Assembly (NCBI GenBank): GCA_036395335.1
Contig: DASWDK010000176.1
Span: 1-31,480 of the forward strand
DNA from: Thermoanaerobaculia bacterium
GTDB taxonomy: Bacteria; Acidobacteriota; Thermoanaerobaculia; UBA5066; Gp7-AA6
Length of the DNA stretch: 31,480 nucleotides
Direction of reading: 5' to 3'
Numbering within the stretch: the stretch's first letter is position 1; every line of letters begins with the position of its first letter. This document shows, piece after piece, positions 16,573 through 26,566 of this stretch. Under the pieces are notes generated by a model. The model did no database searches, was not told the DNA's origin, and saw only the letters and a program-made list of their open reading frames with translations. The position numbers and the translations under genes were made by a program.

Positions 16573-18061
16573 GCCGGCGGGAAGAGGAGAAGCACGCGAT
16601 CCTCGCTCAGAAGGGCAAGGCGTTCCCTGTCGCGCGCGCCTTTCCGAGCGACGAGCGAACCCCGGTCGGCCTCTTCCGCAGGATGCGGAGGTCCGGCGCG
16701 GAATGTTTTCTCCTCGAGAGCGTCGAAGGCGGCGCGGCGATCGCGCGCTACACGTTTCTCGGCGTTGCGCCGGCGGCGCGTCTGACTGTCCGCGGCCACG
16801 AAGTCGAGATCGAGCGCGACGGCCGCCGCCGCCCGGCCCGCACCGGCGCTCTCGAAGCGCTCCGGGCACTCACGGTCCGCGAAGGCTTTGCGCCCGACCC
16901 CGACCTGCCGCCTCTCTGCGCCGGGGCGGTCGGGTTCCTCTCCTACGACGCCGCGCGGCTCTTCGAGGAGATCCCGGACCGGCACTCCCGCGAAGGAGAG
17001 ATCCCGGACGCGCTCTTCCTCCTCTTCGACGCGGTCGTCGCATTCGATCATGTCCGGCAGCGCCTTCTCCTCCTGACATGCGCGGATCTTTCCGTCGCGG
17101 GGGACGAACAGGTCGAGGCGGAAGCCGCGCTCGCGCGACTCGACCGCCTGGAGGAATTTCTTTCTCTACCGTCTCGCCGTTCGCGAAAAGAGGGTGCAGA
17201 CGAGGGACGGAATTCCGCGTCGCGATTCACGCCCGCGATGCCGAAGGAAACCTTTCTGCGTGCGGTCGAGGCCGCGAGAGAAGCGATTCTCGCCGGCGAA
17301 ATTTACCAGGTCGTGCTGTCGCAGCGCTGGGAGGGACCGCTCGGCGCGGACCCCTTCGAGGTGTACCGCGCCCTGAGGGCGTTGAACCGTCTCCTTACCT
17401 CTTTTATCTCGAGACCCGCGAGGCGGCGGTTTTCGGTGCGTCGCCGGAAATGCTGGTGAGGTGCCGCGGCCGGGACGCGGAGACCCGGCCGATCGCGGGC
17501 ACCATTCGGCGCGGGAAGACTGCCGAGGAGGACGAAGCTCTCGCCGCGCGTCTTCTCGTCGACCCGAAGGAGCGTGCGGAGCACGTGATGTTGGTCGACC
17601 TCGGCCGCAACGACCTCGGGCGCGTGTGCGAGATCGGAAGCGTGCGCGTGACCCGATATGCGGAGGTCGAACGGTATTCGCACGTCCAGCACCTGGTGTC
17701 GGAGGTCCGCGGCATGTTGCCCGCTGGAAAGACGTCGACCGATGCCCTCGCCGCCTGCTTCCCGGCGGGGACGCTGACCGGTGCCCCCAAGATCCGAGCG
17801 ATGGAGCTGATCGATCAGCTCGAAGGCTCACGGCGGGGAATCTACGGAGGCGCGGTCGGTTATCTCGACTGCGCGGGCAACCTCGACATGGCGATCGCAA
17901 TCCGCACCGCGGTCGTGGAAAAAGGAATCTGCCGCATCCAGGCGGGCGCGGGGATCGTCGCCGATTCGGTTCCCGAGAACGAGTACCGCGAGGCGGAGTC
18001 GAAAGCCGAGGCGCTCTTCCGCGCCGTGGAGATCGCGCGAGAGAAAGGGACCGCGTCCTGA
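16569..18061 (+). pseudogene. trpE: Anthranilate synthase component I, split by a 1-nt deletion near 17387 (real lesion or sequencing error)
   Basis: The 5' frame (FLLESVEGG..IARYTFLG...GEIYQVVLSQR...YRALRALN) continues in another frame as PSPYLFYL...GASPEML...PIAGT...EHVMLVDLGRND...GAPKIRAM. The DNA reads TTG AAC CG TCT CCT TAC; adding one C restores LNPSPY and a 497-aa ORF. Confidence 0.9.
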
Positions 18062-18660
18062 TCTTCGTCGTCGACAACTACGACTCCTTCACCTGGAACC
18101 TCGTCCAGGCGCTGGGGAAGCTCGATCCCGAGATCTCGGTATCGCGCAATGACCGCTTCGATCCGGAAGACATGGTCTCGCGTCGTCCTCTCGGAATCGT
18201 CGTCTCGCCCGGCCCCGGCCGCCCCGAGAAGGCCGGCCGGTCGCTCGAGGCGATCGCGGCAGCGGAGCGCGAAGGAATTCCGTTGCTCGGGGTCTGCCTG
18301 GGTCATCAGGCGATCGCAGCGCTCCACGGCGGATGCGTGGAGCGGGCCGGGGCGCCCCGTCATGGAAAGACTTCCCGGGTCCTTCACGACGGCGCCGGTC
18401 TCTTCGCCGGAATGCCAAATCCCTTCGATGCGGGGCGGTACCATTCGCTAATCGTGCGCGAGGAAGGCCTTCCCGCGGAGCTCGCCGTCACGGCCCGGAG
18501 CGACGACGGCTACGTCATGGCCCTCGCGCACCGTTCGAAGCCGGTGTTCGGAGTGCAGTTCCATCCGGAATCGGTTCTGACGCCCGAAGGCGAAATGCTC
18601 CTGGCGAACTTTTTCCGGCTCGCCCGCCGTGCCGCGCCCGCCGATTCGGAGGAGCCGTGA
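18058..18660 (+). CDS. trpG: Anthranilate synthase component II (glutamine amidotransferase); probable CTG start
   Basis: IFVVDNYDSFTWNL, SPGPG, GVCLGHQ, RYHSL, GVQFHPES. CTG 18058 overlaps the trpE TGA. Confidence 0.93.
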   Translation: MIFVVDNYDSFTWNLVQALGKLDPEISVSRNDRFDPEDMVSRRPLGIVVSPGPGRPEKAGRSLEAIAAAEREGIPLLGVCLGHQAIAALHGGCVERAGAPRHGKTSRVLHDGAGLFAGMPNPFDAGRYHSLIVREEGLPAELAVTARSDDGYVMALAHRSKPVFGVQFHPESVLTPEGEMLLANFFRLARRAAPADSEEP

Positions 18661-19679
18661 CGCCGAACGTCGCGGAAGCCCTCAAGATCGTCGCCGCGAG
18701 GCACCCTCTGTCACGCGACCTCGCGGAGCGCGTCTTCGGCGACCTCATGGAGGGCAAGGCGACGGAGGCGCAGAAGGGCGCGATCCTGATCGGAATCGCG
18801 ACGCGCGGCGAGACGTCCGACGAGATTGCTGGAGCGGTCTCGGCACTGCGCAGCCGGATGCGCCGTGTCTCGACGTCCCGAGCGCCGCTGCTCGACACAT
18901 GCGGGCCCGGCGGAATCGGCCGCGACATGTTCAACCTCTCCACCGCGACCGCGATCGTCGCAGCGGGCGCGGGAGCCTGCGTCGCCAAGCACGGCAACCG
19001 CTCGATCTCCTCGCGCGTCGGGTCCGCAGACGTCCTCGCGGCTGCGGGAATTGCGATCGATCTCGATCCGGACCGCGCGGGACGGTTGCTCGACGAGATC
19101 GGGCTCGTCTTCCTCTTCGCGCCCGCGTTCCATCCCGCGATGAAGGAGCTCGGTACCGTGAGGAGGGAGCTCGGGGTCCGGACCATCTTCAACGCGCTCG
19201 GCCCCCTCGCGAACCCGGCCGGGGCCACGCGACAGATGATCGGCGTCGGACGACCGGAGCTGGTGCGGCTCCTCGCCGACGCTCTCGCGACCCTGGGATC
19301 GGAGCGGGCGGTCGTCTTCCACTCCGCCAACGGCTTGGACGAGCTCATCCCGGGCGTGCCGGCCTCGGGCATCGAGATCCAGGAAGGTTGGACGCGGCCC
19401 TGGCGGTACGACCCGGGCGACGTCGCACAACGGGCCGTCGACGCGGCCGAGCTCGCCGGCGGCGACGCGTCCTCCAACGCCGCGATGCTGCGTGCGCTCC
19501 TGGAGGGAGAGAAGGGTCCGCGCCGCGAAGCCGTGCTGTTGAACGCCGCGCTCGGACTCGTCGTCGTCGATCTGGCGGAGAGGCTGGAAGAGGGATACGA
19601 ACGCGCGCGTGTCGCGATCGACGAAGGGCACGCCGTTGCGACGTTCGACAAACTGCGCGCCGCGGGAACCCCGGCATGA
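18657..19679 (+). CDS. trpD: Anthranilate phosphoribosyltransferase
   Basis: DTCG.GG.G...FNLST, KHGNRSISSRVGSAD, TIFNALGPL.NP, GLDEL; GTGA overlap. Confidence 0.95.
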   Translation: MTPNVAEALKIVAARHPLSRDLAERVFGDLMEGKATEAQKGAILIGIATRGETSDEIAGAVSALRSRMRRVSTSRAPLLDTCGPGGIGRDMFNLSTATAIVAAGAGACVAKHGNRSISSRVGSADVLAAAGIAIDLDPDRAGRLLDEIGLVFLFAPAFHPAMKELGTVRRELGVRTIFNALGPLANPAGATRQMIGVGRPELVRLLADALATLGSERAVVFHSANGLDELIPGVPASGIEIQEGWTRPWRYDPGDVAQRAVDAAELAGGDASSNAAMLRALLEGEKGPRREAVLLNAALGLVVVDLAERLEEGYERARVAIDEGHAVATFDKLRAAGTPA

Positions 19680-20443
19680 GCGCGGTCCTCGACCGGATCC
19701 TGGCCGACAAGAGACTTCGTCTCGAGCGCGGGGAATACTCCGCGAAGACTCCGGCGAAGGCGGGGAGCGACGGAGCGCGGTTCGTGGCGTCCCTGCGGGA
19801 ACCCGGCGTGCGGATCGTCGCCGAATTCAAGGCGCGGTCCCCGTCGGCGGGAGACATCGTCGTGGGGGCGAACGGCAAAGTCGAGACGTTCGCCTTGGCC
19901 TATCGCCGCGGGCATGCCGCGGCGATCTCGGTCGTCGCGGAGCAGGACCACTTCGGGGGCAGCCCCGAGTGGGTGACGAGGGCGAAACGGATTTCGGGGC
20001 TGCCGGTGCTCCTGAAGGACTTCCTTCTCTCGGAGGCGCAGCTCGACTTCGCCGTTTCCCTCGGAGCCGACGCCGTCCTCCTCGTCGTCCGCGCGCTCCG
20101 CGAGAAAGAGCTCGCGGACCTGCGCCGAGGCGCGGCGGAACGCGGACTGGCCGTGGTCGTCGAAGCGCATGGCCGCGAAGAGATCCCGCGCGCCGCGGCG
20201 GTCGAGCCCGACGTCCTCGGGGTCAACGCCCGGGATCTCGGAACGTTCGAGACGGACCTCGCCGGGCTGGAGCCTCTCGCCGCAGAGATTCCTGCCGGCC
20301 CCGTGCGGCTGGCGGAGAGCGGCGTCTCCTCCCGCGACGACGTCTCGCGCCTCTCGGCAGCCGGATGGGAGGCGTTTCTGGTCGGGGAGACGCTCCTTCG
20401 CGCGGACGACCCCGAGCAGAAGCTCCGGGAGCTCGTCCGGTGA
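19676..20443 (+). CDS. trpC: Indole-3-glycerol phosphate synthase
   Basis: AEFKARSPSAG, KDF, GADAVLL, GVNARDL.TF, AESG, FLVGE; ATGA overlap. Confidence 0.93.
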   Translation: MSAVLDRILADKRLRLERGEYSAKTPAKAGSDGARFVASLREPGVRIVAEFKARSPSAGDIVVGANGKVETFALAYRRGHAAAISVVAEQDHFGGSPEWVTRAKRISGLPVLLKDFLLSEAQLDFAVSLGADAVLLVVRALREKELADLRRGAAERGLAVVVEAHGREEIPRAAAVEPDVLGVNARDLGTFETDLAGLEPLAAEIPAGPVRLAESGVSSRDDVSRLSAAGWEAFLVGETLLRADDPEQKLRELVR

Positions 20444-21066
20444 CGGAGGTGAAGGTCTGCGGTCTGACGCGAGAGGAGGACGTCGTCGCGGCATGCGCCC
20501 TCGGAGCGGCGTTCATCGGGTTCAACTTCTCCGATCTTTCGCCCCGCCGCGTCACGCCGGAGAGGGCGCGGCGGCTCGCGGCGGCCTCCACTCCCGGGGT
20601 GCGGCGGGTCGGCGTCTTCGTCCTCGAAAGCTATCCCGCGATTCGTGAAGCGATTGGTGCGGCGGCGCTCGACCTCGTCCAGCTGCACCGACCGCTCTCG
20701 GAGGAGGATCTCGAATGCGTCCCCCGCCCCGTCCTCGCGGTCGCGCACGTCGGACGGCAAGCGGAGATCCCGCCCGCCCCGCTCCTCGACCGGTGCGCGG
20801 GCATTCTCTTCGACACGTCCGTCTCGGGCGTTCCCGGAGGGACCGGTGTTTCCTTCGACTGGTCGCTGCTCGAAGGTCGCCGATGGCCGGTCCCGCTCTT
20901 CGTCTCCGGCGGACTGCGGTCGGAGAACGTCGGCGAGTCGATCCGTCGTGCGCGCCCGAACGTCGTCGACGTCGCCTCCGGGATCGAGAGCGCGCCGGGC
21001 GCCAAGGATCGCCGCCGCATGCGCCGCTTCTTCGAGGCGGTCCGGCGAGCGGACGAGGCGGAATGA
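20440..21066 (+). CDS. trpF: Phosphoribosylanthranilate isomerase
   Basis: [41 protein letters not shown]; GTGA overlap. Confidence 0.93.
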   Translation: MTEVKVCGLTREEDVVAACALGAAFIGFNFSDLSPRRVTPERARRLAAASTPGVRRVGVFVLESYPAIREAIGAAALDLVQLHRPLSEEDLECVPRPVLAVAHVGRQAEIPPAPLLDRCAGILFDTSVSGVPGGTGVSFDWSLLEGRRWPVPLFVSGGLRSENVGESIRRARPNVVDVASGIESAPGAKDRRRMRRFFEAVRRADEAE

Positions 21067-22253
21067 GCGCGCGCGAAAGGAGGAAGAAGGGGTACTTCGG
21101 CGAGTACGGCGGTCGGTTTGCGCCGGAGACTCTCATGGCCCCGCTGGAGGAGCTCGACAGAGCGTTCGAGCGCTGGCGTCGTGAGCCGCGATTCCGTCGC
21201 GAGCTCGAAGGGCTCCTGCGAAACTACGGCGGCCGGCCCACGCCGCTCTCGGAGGCGCCGCGGCTCGCGAAGAGCGCGGGCGGGGCGCGCATCGCACTGA
21301 AGCGCGAAGACCTCCTTCACACCGGCGCCCACAAGCTCAACAACTGCCTCGGGCAGATCCTCCTCGCAAAGCGGATGGGGAAACGCCGCGTGATCGCGGA
21401 GACCGGAGCCGGCCAGCACGGTGTCGCGACGGCCGCGGCGGCAGCGCGGCTGGGAATCCCGTGTCGCGTCTACATGGGCACGGTCGACATGGCGCGCCAG
21501 TCGTCCAACGTGTCGCGGATGCGCCTCCTCGGGGCGGAAGTCGTCGGCGTGGACTCCGGCTCGCGGACGCTCAAGGACGCGATCAACGAGGCGATGCGCG
21601 ATTGGATCGAGAACGTCGGTACGACCCACTACGTCCTGGGCTCTGCTCTCGGCCCGCATCCATATCCGACGATGGTGCGGGACTTCCAGTCGGTGATCGG
21701 GCGAGAAGCCCGAGCGCAGTTCCGCCGGCTCGCGCGCCGCGACCCGGACGCGGCCGTCGCCTGCGTGGGCGGCGGCTCGAACGCGATCGGGCTCTTCTCG
21801 GCGTATCTCGCGACCCGCGTCCGGCTCTATGGGGTCGAAGCCGGGGGTCGCGGGAGCCGGCCCGGCGATCACGCTGCCCGTTTCGCCGGAGGATCGGTGG
21901 GCGTCCTGCACGGTACGAGGACTCTCCTTCTCCAGGACTCGGCCGGACAGGTTCTGCCGACCCACTCGGTCTCGGCAGGACTCGACTATCCGGCGGTCGG
22001 TCCCGAGCACGCCCACCTCGAATCGCTCGGGCGCGTCGAGTACGGAAAGGTTTCCGACGCCGACGCTCTCGACGCGTTTCGGCTCCTCGCGCGGACCGAG
22101 GGAATCCTCCCCGCGCTCGAGAGCGCGCACGCCATTGCCTTTGCCGTCCGTCTGGCGGCCCGGATGCCGAAGAAGGCCTGGATCCTCGTCAATCTCTCCG
22201 GGCGCGGCGACAAGGATCTCGAGATCGTCCTGTCCGCGGCCGGACGGAGTTGA
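21063..22253 (+). CDS. trpB: Tryptophan synthase beta chain
   Basis: [66 protein letters not shown]. Confidence 0.99.
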   Translation: MSARERRKKGYFGEYGGRFAPETLMAPLEELDRAFERWRREPRFRRELEGLLRNYGGRPTPLSEAPRLAKSAGGARIALKREDLLHTGAHKLNNCLGQILLAKRMGKRRVIAETGAGQHGVATAAAAARLGIPCRVYMGTVDMARQSSNVSRMRLLGAEVVGVDSGSRTLKDAINEAMRDWIENVGTTHYVLGSALGPHPYPTMVRDFQSVIGREARAQFRRLARRDPDAAVACVGGGSNAIGLFSAYLATRVRLYGVEAGGRGSRPGDHAARFAGGSVGVLHGTRTLLLQDSAGQVLPTHSVSAGLDYPAVGPEHAHLESLGRVEYGKVSDADALDAFRLLARTEGILPALESAHAIAFAVRLAARMPKKAWILVNLSGRGDKDLEIVLSAAGRS

Positions 22254-23116
22254 ACTCCTCCCGCATCGCCGACGCTTTCGCGCGTGCCCGGTCCGAAAGG
22301 CGCGCAGCCTTCATCCCGTACTTGACCGCGGGAGATCCGGCTCCCGACGCGACCGTCTTGCTCGCGCGCGTGCTCGAGGGCGCGGGCGCCGACCTCCTCG
22401 AGCTCGGGGTTCCGTTCTCCGATCCGATTGCCGACGGTCCCGTCCTGCAGAGGTCGGCCGCGCGTTCCCTGGCAGCCGGTACGACGCTCGTCGACGTGTA
22501 CCGGATGGCGGAGCAGATCCGGCGCGAAACCTCGCTCGCGCTCGTCCTGTTCTCGTATCTCAATCCGCTTCTTCGACGCGGGCTCGAACGGGCCGCCCGC
22601 GAAGCACGGGGAGCCGGCTTCGACGCAATCCTTGTTACCGACCTCCCGCCCGACGAAGGAGACGGCATCCAGCCGGTCTTCCGCGCAGCCGGCCTCGAGA
22701 CGGTGTTCCTGGTTTCGCCGACGTCGCCCGCGTCCCGCATGTCGCGGGCGGCCTCGCTCTCGACCGGTTTTCTCTACGTCGTCTCGCGCCCGGGAACGAC
22801 CGGAATGCGCGATTCTCTCCCGACCGATCTGCCGGCAACGGTCGCGCGCGCGCGGCGCGCAGTGGGACGGGCGGGAAAACGACCGTCCGGGGAAGCGTGG
22901 CTCCCGGTGGCCGTCGGCTTCGGAATCTCGACGCCCGCCACCGCGCGGCTCGCTGCGCAGCTGGCGGACGGGGTGGTCGTCGGATCGGCGCTGGTGGCCG
23001 CGGCGGAGGAGAACGAGAGAGACGCCGCCGGCGCGGTCGGCCGGCTCGCACGACGGCTCGCCCGCGCCAGCCGTCGACCGAGAGCTCCGGGGCTCAAAAT
23101 CAAGAGTCCCGGGTAG
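22250..23116 (+). CDS. trpA: Tryptophan synthase alpha chain
   Basis: [55 protein letters not shown]; TTG start in a TTGA overlap. Confidence 0.97.
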   Translation: MNSSRIADAFARARSERRAAFIPYLTAGDPAPDATVLLARVLEGAGADLLELGVPFSDPIADGPVLQRSAARSLAAGTTLVDVYRMAEQIRRETSLALVLFSYLNPLLRRGLERAAREARGAGFDAILVTDLPPDEGDGIQPVFRAAGLETVFLVSPTSPASRMSRAASLSTGFLYVVSRPGTTGMRDSLPTDLPATVARARRAVGRAGKRPSGEAWLPVAVGFGISTPATARLAAQLADGVVVGSALVAAAEENERDAAGAVGRLARRLARASRRPRAPGLKIKSPG

Positions 23117-23123
23117 ACGACGG

Positions 23124-23780
23124 ATGGGCGCCGAAATGGAGTATCTGAAGCTGTTGCGTCGACCCGACCTGCCGGTGGCGGAGGTCGAGCGTATCCTGCG
23201 CGACCGGGACGCCCGGCGTTACCACGCGGTGCGTCTCGCGCTGGCCGGGCACCGCAGCACACCGCGCAGTGAGGCGCTCTCGCTCGTCGAAACCCTCTTC
23301 TGGCGCGGCCTCGCCCGCCTCTCCGCCGATGCGCGCGTCCATCCCGACGTGCGGCGGGCGGCGGATAACCAGCTTCTGCGGCGGCTGCCGGAGATGGCTC
23401 TCGCCGAGCGGATCGATCTTGCCCGGACGACCGGCCGGGGGACGCTCGCCGCGCTACGACAGGACCCCGATCCGCGCGTCGTCGCGGGCTTCCTCGACAA
23501 CCGGTTCACGACCGAACCGGACGTCGTCCAGGTGGCCGCCGCGGCGCGCTCCCGGCCGGAAACGCTGGTGGCGATCGCCGAACACCCGCGCTGGGCGCCC
23601 CGGAGGGGGGTCCGGGAGGCCCTCCTGCGGAACCCTTCGCTGCCGGCGGGGGCGGCCGAGCCGCTTATGGCCCGGGTGGCCGAGGGGGAGCTCCTCGCGC
23701 TGCGGGACGGACCCGGCGGGCCGCCGGCACTTCGTGCTGTCGCGCAAAGAGTTCTTGCGCGGCGCGCGCGGGCGGACTAG
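23124..23780 (+). CDS. Hypothetical alpha-helical repeat protein A (LRV-like ALxxNPxxP motifs)
   Basis: Open frame between trpA and rodZ, start at ATG 23124 or 23136. Internal 52-aa repeat; homologous to the C-terminus of the 24635-25735 gene. Confidence 0.75.
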   Translation: MGAEMEYLKLLRRPDLPVAEVERILRDRDARRYHAVRLALAGHRSTPRSEALSLVETLFWRGLARLSADARVHPDVRRAADNQLLRRLPEMALAERIDLARTTGRGTLAALRQDPDPRVVAGFLDNRFTTEPDVVQVAAAARSRPETLVAIAEHPRWAPRRGVREALLRNPSLPAGAAEPLMARVAEGELLALRDGPGGPPALRAVAQRVLARRARAD

Positions 23781-23835
23781 CATCAAGTCGAACCACTTTA
23801 CGTCCCGGCAAAAAGAGACAGGTTTTCCTCGAAGG

Positions 23836-24621
23836 ATGCAGAATCCTCGAACGGCGGCTCCGAGCTTCGGAGACGAGCTTCGACGCGAACGGATCGTGCG
23901 CGAGGTCTCACTCGAAGAGATCTCCGCGGCGACGAAGATCTCGCTGCGACTGCTTTCGGCGCTTGAAAGCGGCGATCTCGCGAAGCTTCCGGCGCCCGTC
24001 TTCATTCGCGGGTTCATCCGCGCCTATTGCCTTCACCTCGGCCTCGATCCGGTCGAGAAGATCAATGCGTATCTTGCCGACGTCCGACCGAATGCGGGCC
24101 CGCCGCCCATCGCGTCCAGACCGGGGAGCGGATCGCGGTTTCTCCGCGGGCGTCGCTCGACTGCCGGAACGATTCTCGGGGGCGTCACCGCGGTGCTTCT
24201 TCTGCTCGGCTGGATTGCGAGTCCCGAGCATCATCGACCCAAGGTCGTGCGACCATCGCCTCTGTCGCGGATCGAGCCGGTCTCGTTCAAGAACGTGGCT
24301 CCCTCGAATGAGCCGACCCCGCTGATTCGCGAGGACGCTCCCGCTCCCGAGGCCGCGATCGAGAAAACGGGTGTCGACCTCGTCCTGGAATCCGACGAGC
24401 CATCGTGGATCGAGATCTCTGCTGACGGAGAGAAAGTGTACGGCGGCATGATGTCCGCGGGGGAGAGCCGCACGTTCGAAGCAAAGAAGACTTTTTGCGT
24501 GACCCTCGGCAACGCGGGCGGCGTTCGGGTCTCGGTCGACGGACGACCTCTGGCCCCGCTCGGCCGCCCCGGAGAGGTCGTGCGGAACGTTGTGCTCCCG
24601 GATTCGCCGTCGCGAGGGTAG
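23836..24621 (+). CDS. rodZ: RodZ-like protein (HTH - TM - DUF4115)
   Basis: FGDELRRER..REVSLEEIS..TKI..RLLSALESGD..KLPAPVFIRGFIRAY..LGLD, a single TM, and C-terminal SWIEISADG...LGNAGGVRVSVDG. Confidence 0.88.
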   Translation: MQNPRTAAPSFGDELRRERIVREVSLEEISAATKISLRLLSALESGDLAKLPAPVFIRGFIRAYCLHLGLDPVEKINAYLADVRPNAGPPPIASRPGSGSRFLRGRRSTAGTILGGVTAVLLLLGWIASPEHHRPKVVRPSPLSRIEPVSFKNVAPSNEPTPLIREDAPAPEAAIEKTGVDLVLESDEPSWIEISADGEKVYGGMMSAGESRTFEAKKTFCVTLGNAGGVRVSVDGRPLAPLGRPGEVVRNVVLPDSPSRG

Positions 24622-24634
24622 CCCGCCCGAAGAC

Positions 24635-25735
24635 TTGGCGACCATCGGCCCCTCGAGCCCCGAAGACCTCGTCACCCTGCTGCGGAGCGGCCGCGCCCCG
24701 CGCGAGATCCGCCTCTTCGCCGCTCGTGGTCTTCTTCCGCTCGATCCTTACGATTCTGTGCGGGCACTCCTCGCGGTGGTGCGGGACACCGATTCGGAGG
24801 CCGCTTCGGTCGCGCGGGAGAGCCTGCGCGCGACGGCTCCCGACCGATTGGCGGCCTTCGTGGCCTCGGGGGCGCCCCGGGGAGACGAGCTCGATCTGCT
24901 GGCTCGCGAAAGCGACGACCCTTTCGTCCTCGAGGAGGTGGTCCGCTGCCGCGCCGTCGACGACGGGACCCTCCTTTTTCTCGCTCGGACGGCGACCGGT
25001 CGGGCCCAGGAAGCGCTGATTGCGAACCAGGCGCGCCTTCTCGCCCGACCCGCGCTCATCCAGGCGCTCCTCGAAAACCCCGCCCTGACCGGCGAAGGTC
25101 GCCGGCTCCTCTCGGAGCTGACGGAGGAGTTCTTCGAGAAGGAAGCCCGGCGGCGCGCCGCCGAGGCCCGGCGCGAAGGGGAGGCGGCCGAAGTCGCGGA
25201 GGCGCCGGAGCTCGAAAGCGAAGACTCCTTCGCGGAGGACGAGGAGATCGGCCTCGACGATGAGGAGGCCGAGGCGCCCGAGACCGAGGACGCTCCGCGG
25301 GACGAGGAGGCTGAATCCCTGTTCATCGGCGCGATCTATCGGCGAATCGCGCTCATGACGATCGGCGAGAAGATCAAGCTCGCTTACACGGGAAGCAAGG
25401 AAGAGCGTCGGATCCTAGTCGGTGACACGAACAAGCTGATCGGGATCGCGGTGATGAAATCCCGTTCGCTCTCGGTCAACGAAGTCGAGAGCTTCGCGGC
25501 GATGCGGAACCTCGACGAAGAGCTGTACCGCCGGATCGCACAGGGCCGGGAATGGATGCGAAAGCCGGCCGTCGTGCTCGCCCTCGTTCGCAACCCGCGT
25601 GTCCCCCTCGATATCTCCCTGCCCCTCTTGAAGCGCCTGGCGACGCGGGAGCTGCGCGGCGTCTTTCGCGATCGGAATCTCGCATCGGTTCTGCGAACCT
25701 CGGCCCGGAAGCTTCTCGTCCTCCGGCGCCGTTAG
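24635..25735 (+). CDS. Hypothetical alpha-helical repeat protein B with acidic linker
   Basis: Helical N-domain (RLFAARGLLPL...ALLENPALT), an Asp/Glu-rich linker, and a C-domain EKIKLAYTGSKEERRILVGD...REW...ALVRNPRVP. TTG 24635 start is inferred. Confidence 0.8.
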   Translation: MATIGPSSPEDLVTLLRSGRAPREIRLFAARGLLPLDPYDSVRALLAVVRDTDSEAASVARESLRATAPDRLAAFVASGAPRGDELDLLARESDDPFVLEEVVRCRAVDDGTLLFLARTATGRAQEALIANQARLLARPALIQALLENPALTGEGRRLLSELTEEFFEKEARRRAAEARREGEAAEVAEAPELESEDSFAEDEEIGLDDEEAEAPETEDAPRDEEAESLFIGAIYRRIALMTIGEKIKLAYTGSKEERRILVGDTNKLIGIAVMKSRSLSVNEVESFAAMRNLDEELYRRIAQGREWMRKPAVVLALVRNPRVPLDISLPLLKRLATRELRGVFRDRNLASVLRTSARKLLVLRRR

Positions 25736-25797
25736 ATCGCCGAACGACTCCGCCGAGTCGACGCCGCCGGCGTGACCGCCGACACAATTTCCTCCGC

Positions 25798-25827
25798 TTG
25801 CTCCGAAGAACCGGTTTCCCGTATGTT
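25798..25827 (+). promoter_or_regulatory. Putative sigma70 promoter for the J-domain/PP2C genes
   Basis: TTGCTC-N18-TATGTT in the 131-bp gap. Confidence 0.45.
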
Positions 25828-25866
25828 AGTGTCGAGGGCCCCCGAACCCCGGTCTATTCGGAAGAC

Positions 25867-26487
25867 ATGTTTCAGAACGTCGATTACTATGCGCTGCTCG
25901 GCGTGGGCCGCGAGGCGAGCGAGAGCGAGATCCGCGAGCGGTTTCGCGTGCTCGCGCGCGACGCGCACCCCGACCGCGCGCCCCGTCACCTCAAAACGGA
26001 TGCGGAAGCGAAGTTTCAGGAGCTCACCCGTGCTGTCAACGTGCTGACCCATGCGGAGCGGCGGCAGGCCTACGACCGGGAGCTGGCGATCGCGGCGTCC
26101 GCCCGCGGCTCCGGCGACGCCGTCGTTCAGGATTACCTGGAGCTGGGTGGCGTCGCGTATCAGTCGGGCGCCTACGCCGAGGCCGCTGGAAACTTCGCGC
26201 TCGCGGCACAGCGCGATCCCAGAGACGTGCGGGCGCAACACTATCTGGGTCTCGCCTCGGCGCGCGCCGGAGACCTGCACGCGGCCGTGAAGGCCCTGGA
26301 GGCGGCTGTCGCGCTCGATCCGCACAACGTGACCGTGCTGAAAGACGCCGGGCGAATCTTTCGCCAGGCGGGTCTCCTCGCCAAGGCGGAGAAGGCGTTT
26401 CAAGACGCCGTTCGATGGGACCCGGCCGAGACGGACGCACGCAAAGCCGTCGAGGAGATCCGGGCCGAGCGAGCGGTCAAGGCGTGA
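25867..26487 (+). CDS. J-domain (DnaJ-type) protein with C-terminal TPR repeats
   Basis: DYYALLGV...SEIRERFR.LA...HPDR...KFQEL..A..VL....RRQAYD, followed by about three TPR-like helical pairs. Confidence 0.9.
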   Translation: MFQNVDYYALLGVGREASESEIRERFRVLARDAHPDRAPRHLKTDAEAKFQELTRAVNVLTHAERRQAYDRELAIAASARGSGDAVVQDYLELGGVAYQSGAYAEAAGNFALAAQRDPRDVRAQHYLGLASARAGDLHAAVKALEAAVALDPHNVTVLKDAGRIFRQAGLLAKAEKAFQDAVRWDPAETDARKAVEEIRAERAVKA

Positions 26488-26566
26488 GACCGAGAGAGAT
26501 CGGCGGCCCCTGCCCTCGTCTCGGATGCCCGCCGGCGGAGCGTTCGTGACGATGGGGACCGGTTCG

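Noticed and set aside
17381-17459. Programmed ribosomal frameshift in trpE
   Set aside because: No slippery heptamer or recognisable +1 shift site at AACCGTCT, and no precedent I know of for trpE. A lost C in a C-run is simpler.
22850-22910. Roughly 12-aa insertion in TrpA ([13 protein letters not shown]) and basic C-terminal tail
   Set aside because: It lies in a variable surface loop before VAVGFG, catalytic motifs are intact, and no function is implied.
25745-25773. Two small hairpins (CGACTC/GAGTCG, ACGCC/GGCGT) after repeat protein B
   Set aside because: Stems are only 5-6 bp with no U-tract; likely by chance at this GC content.
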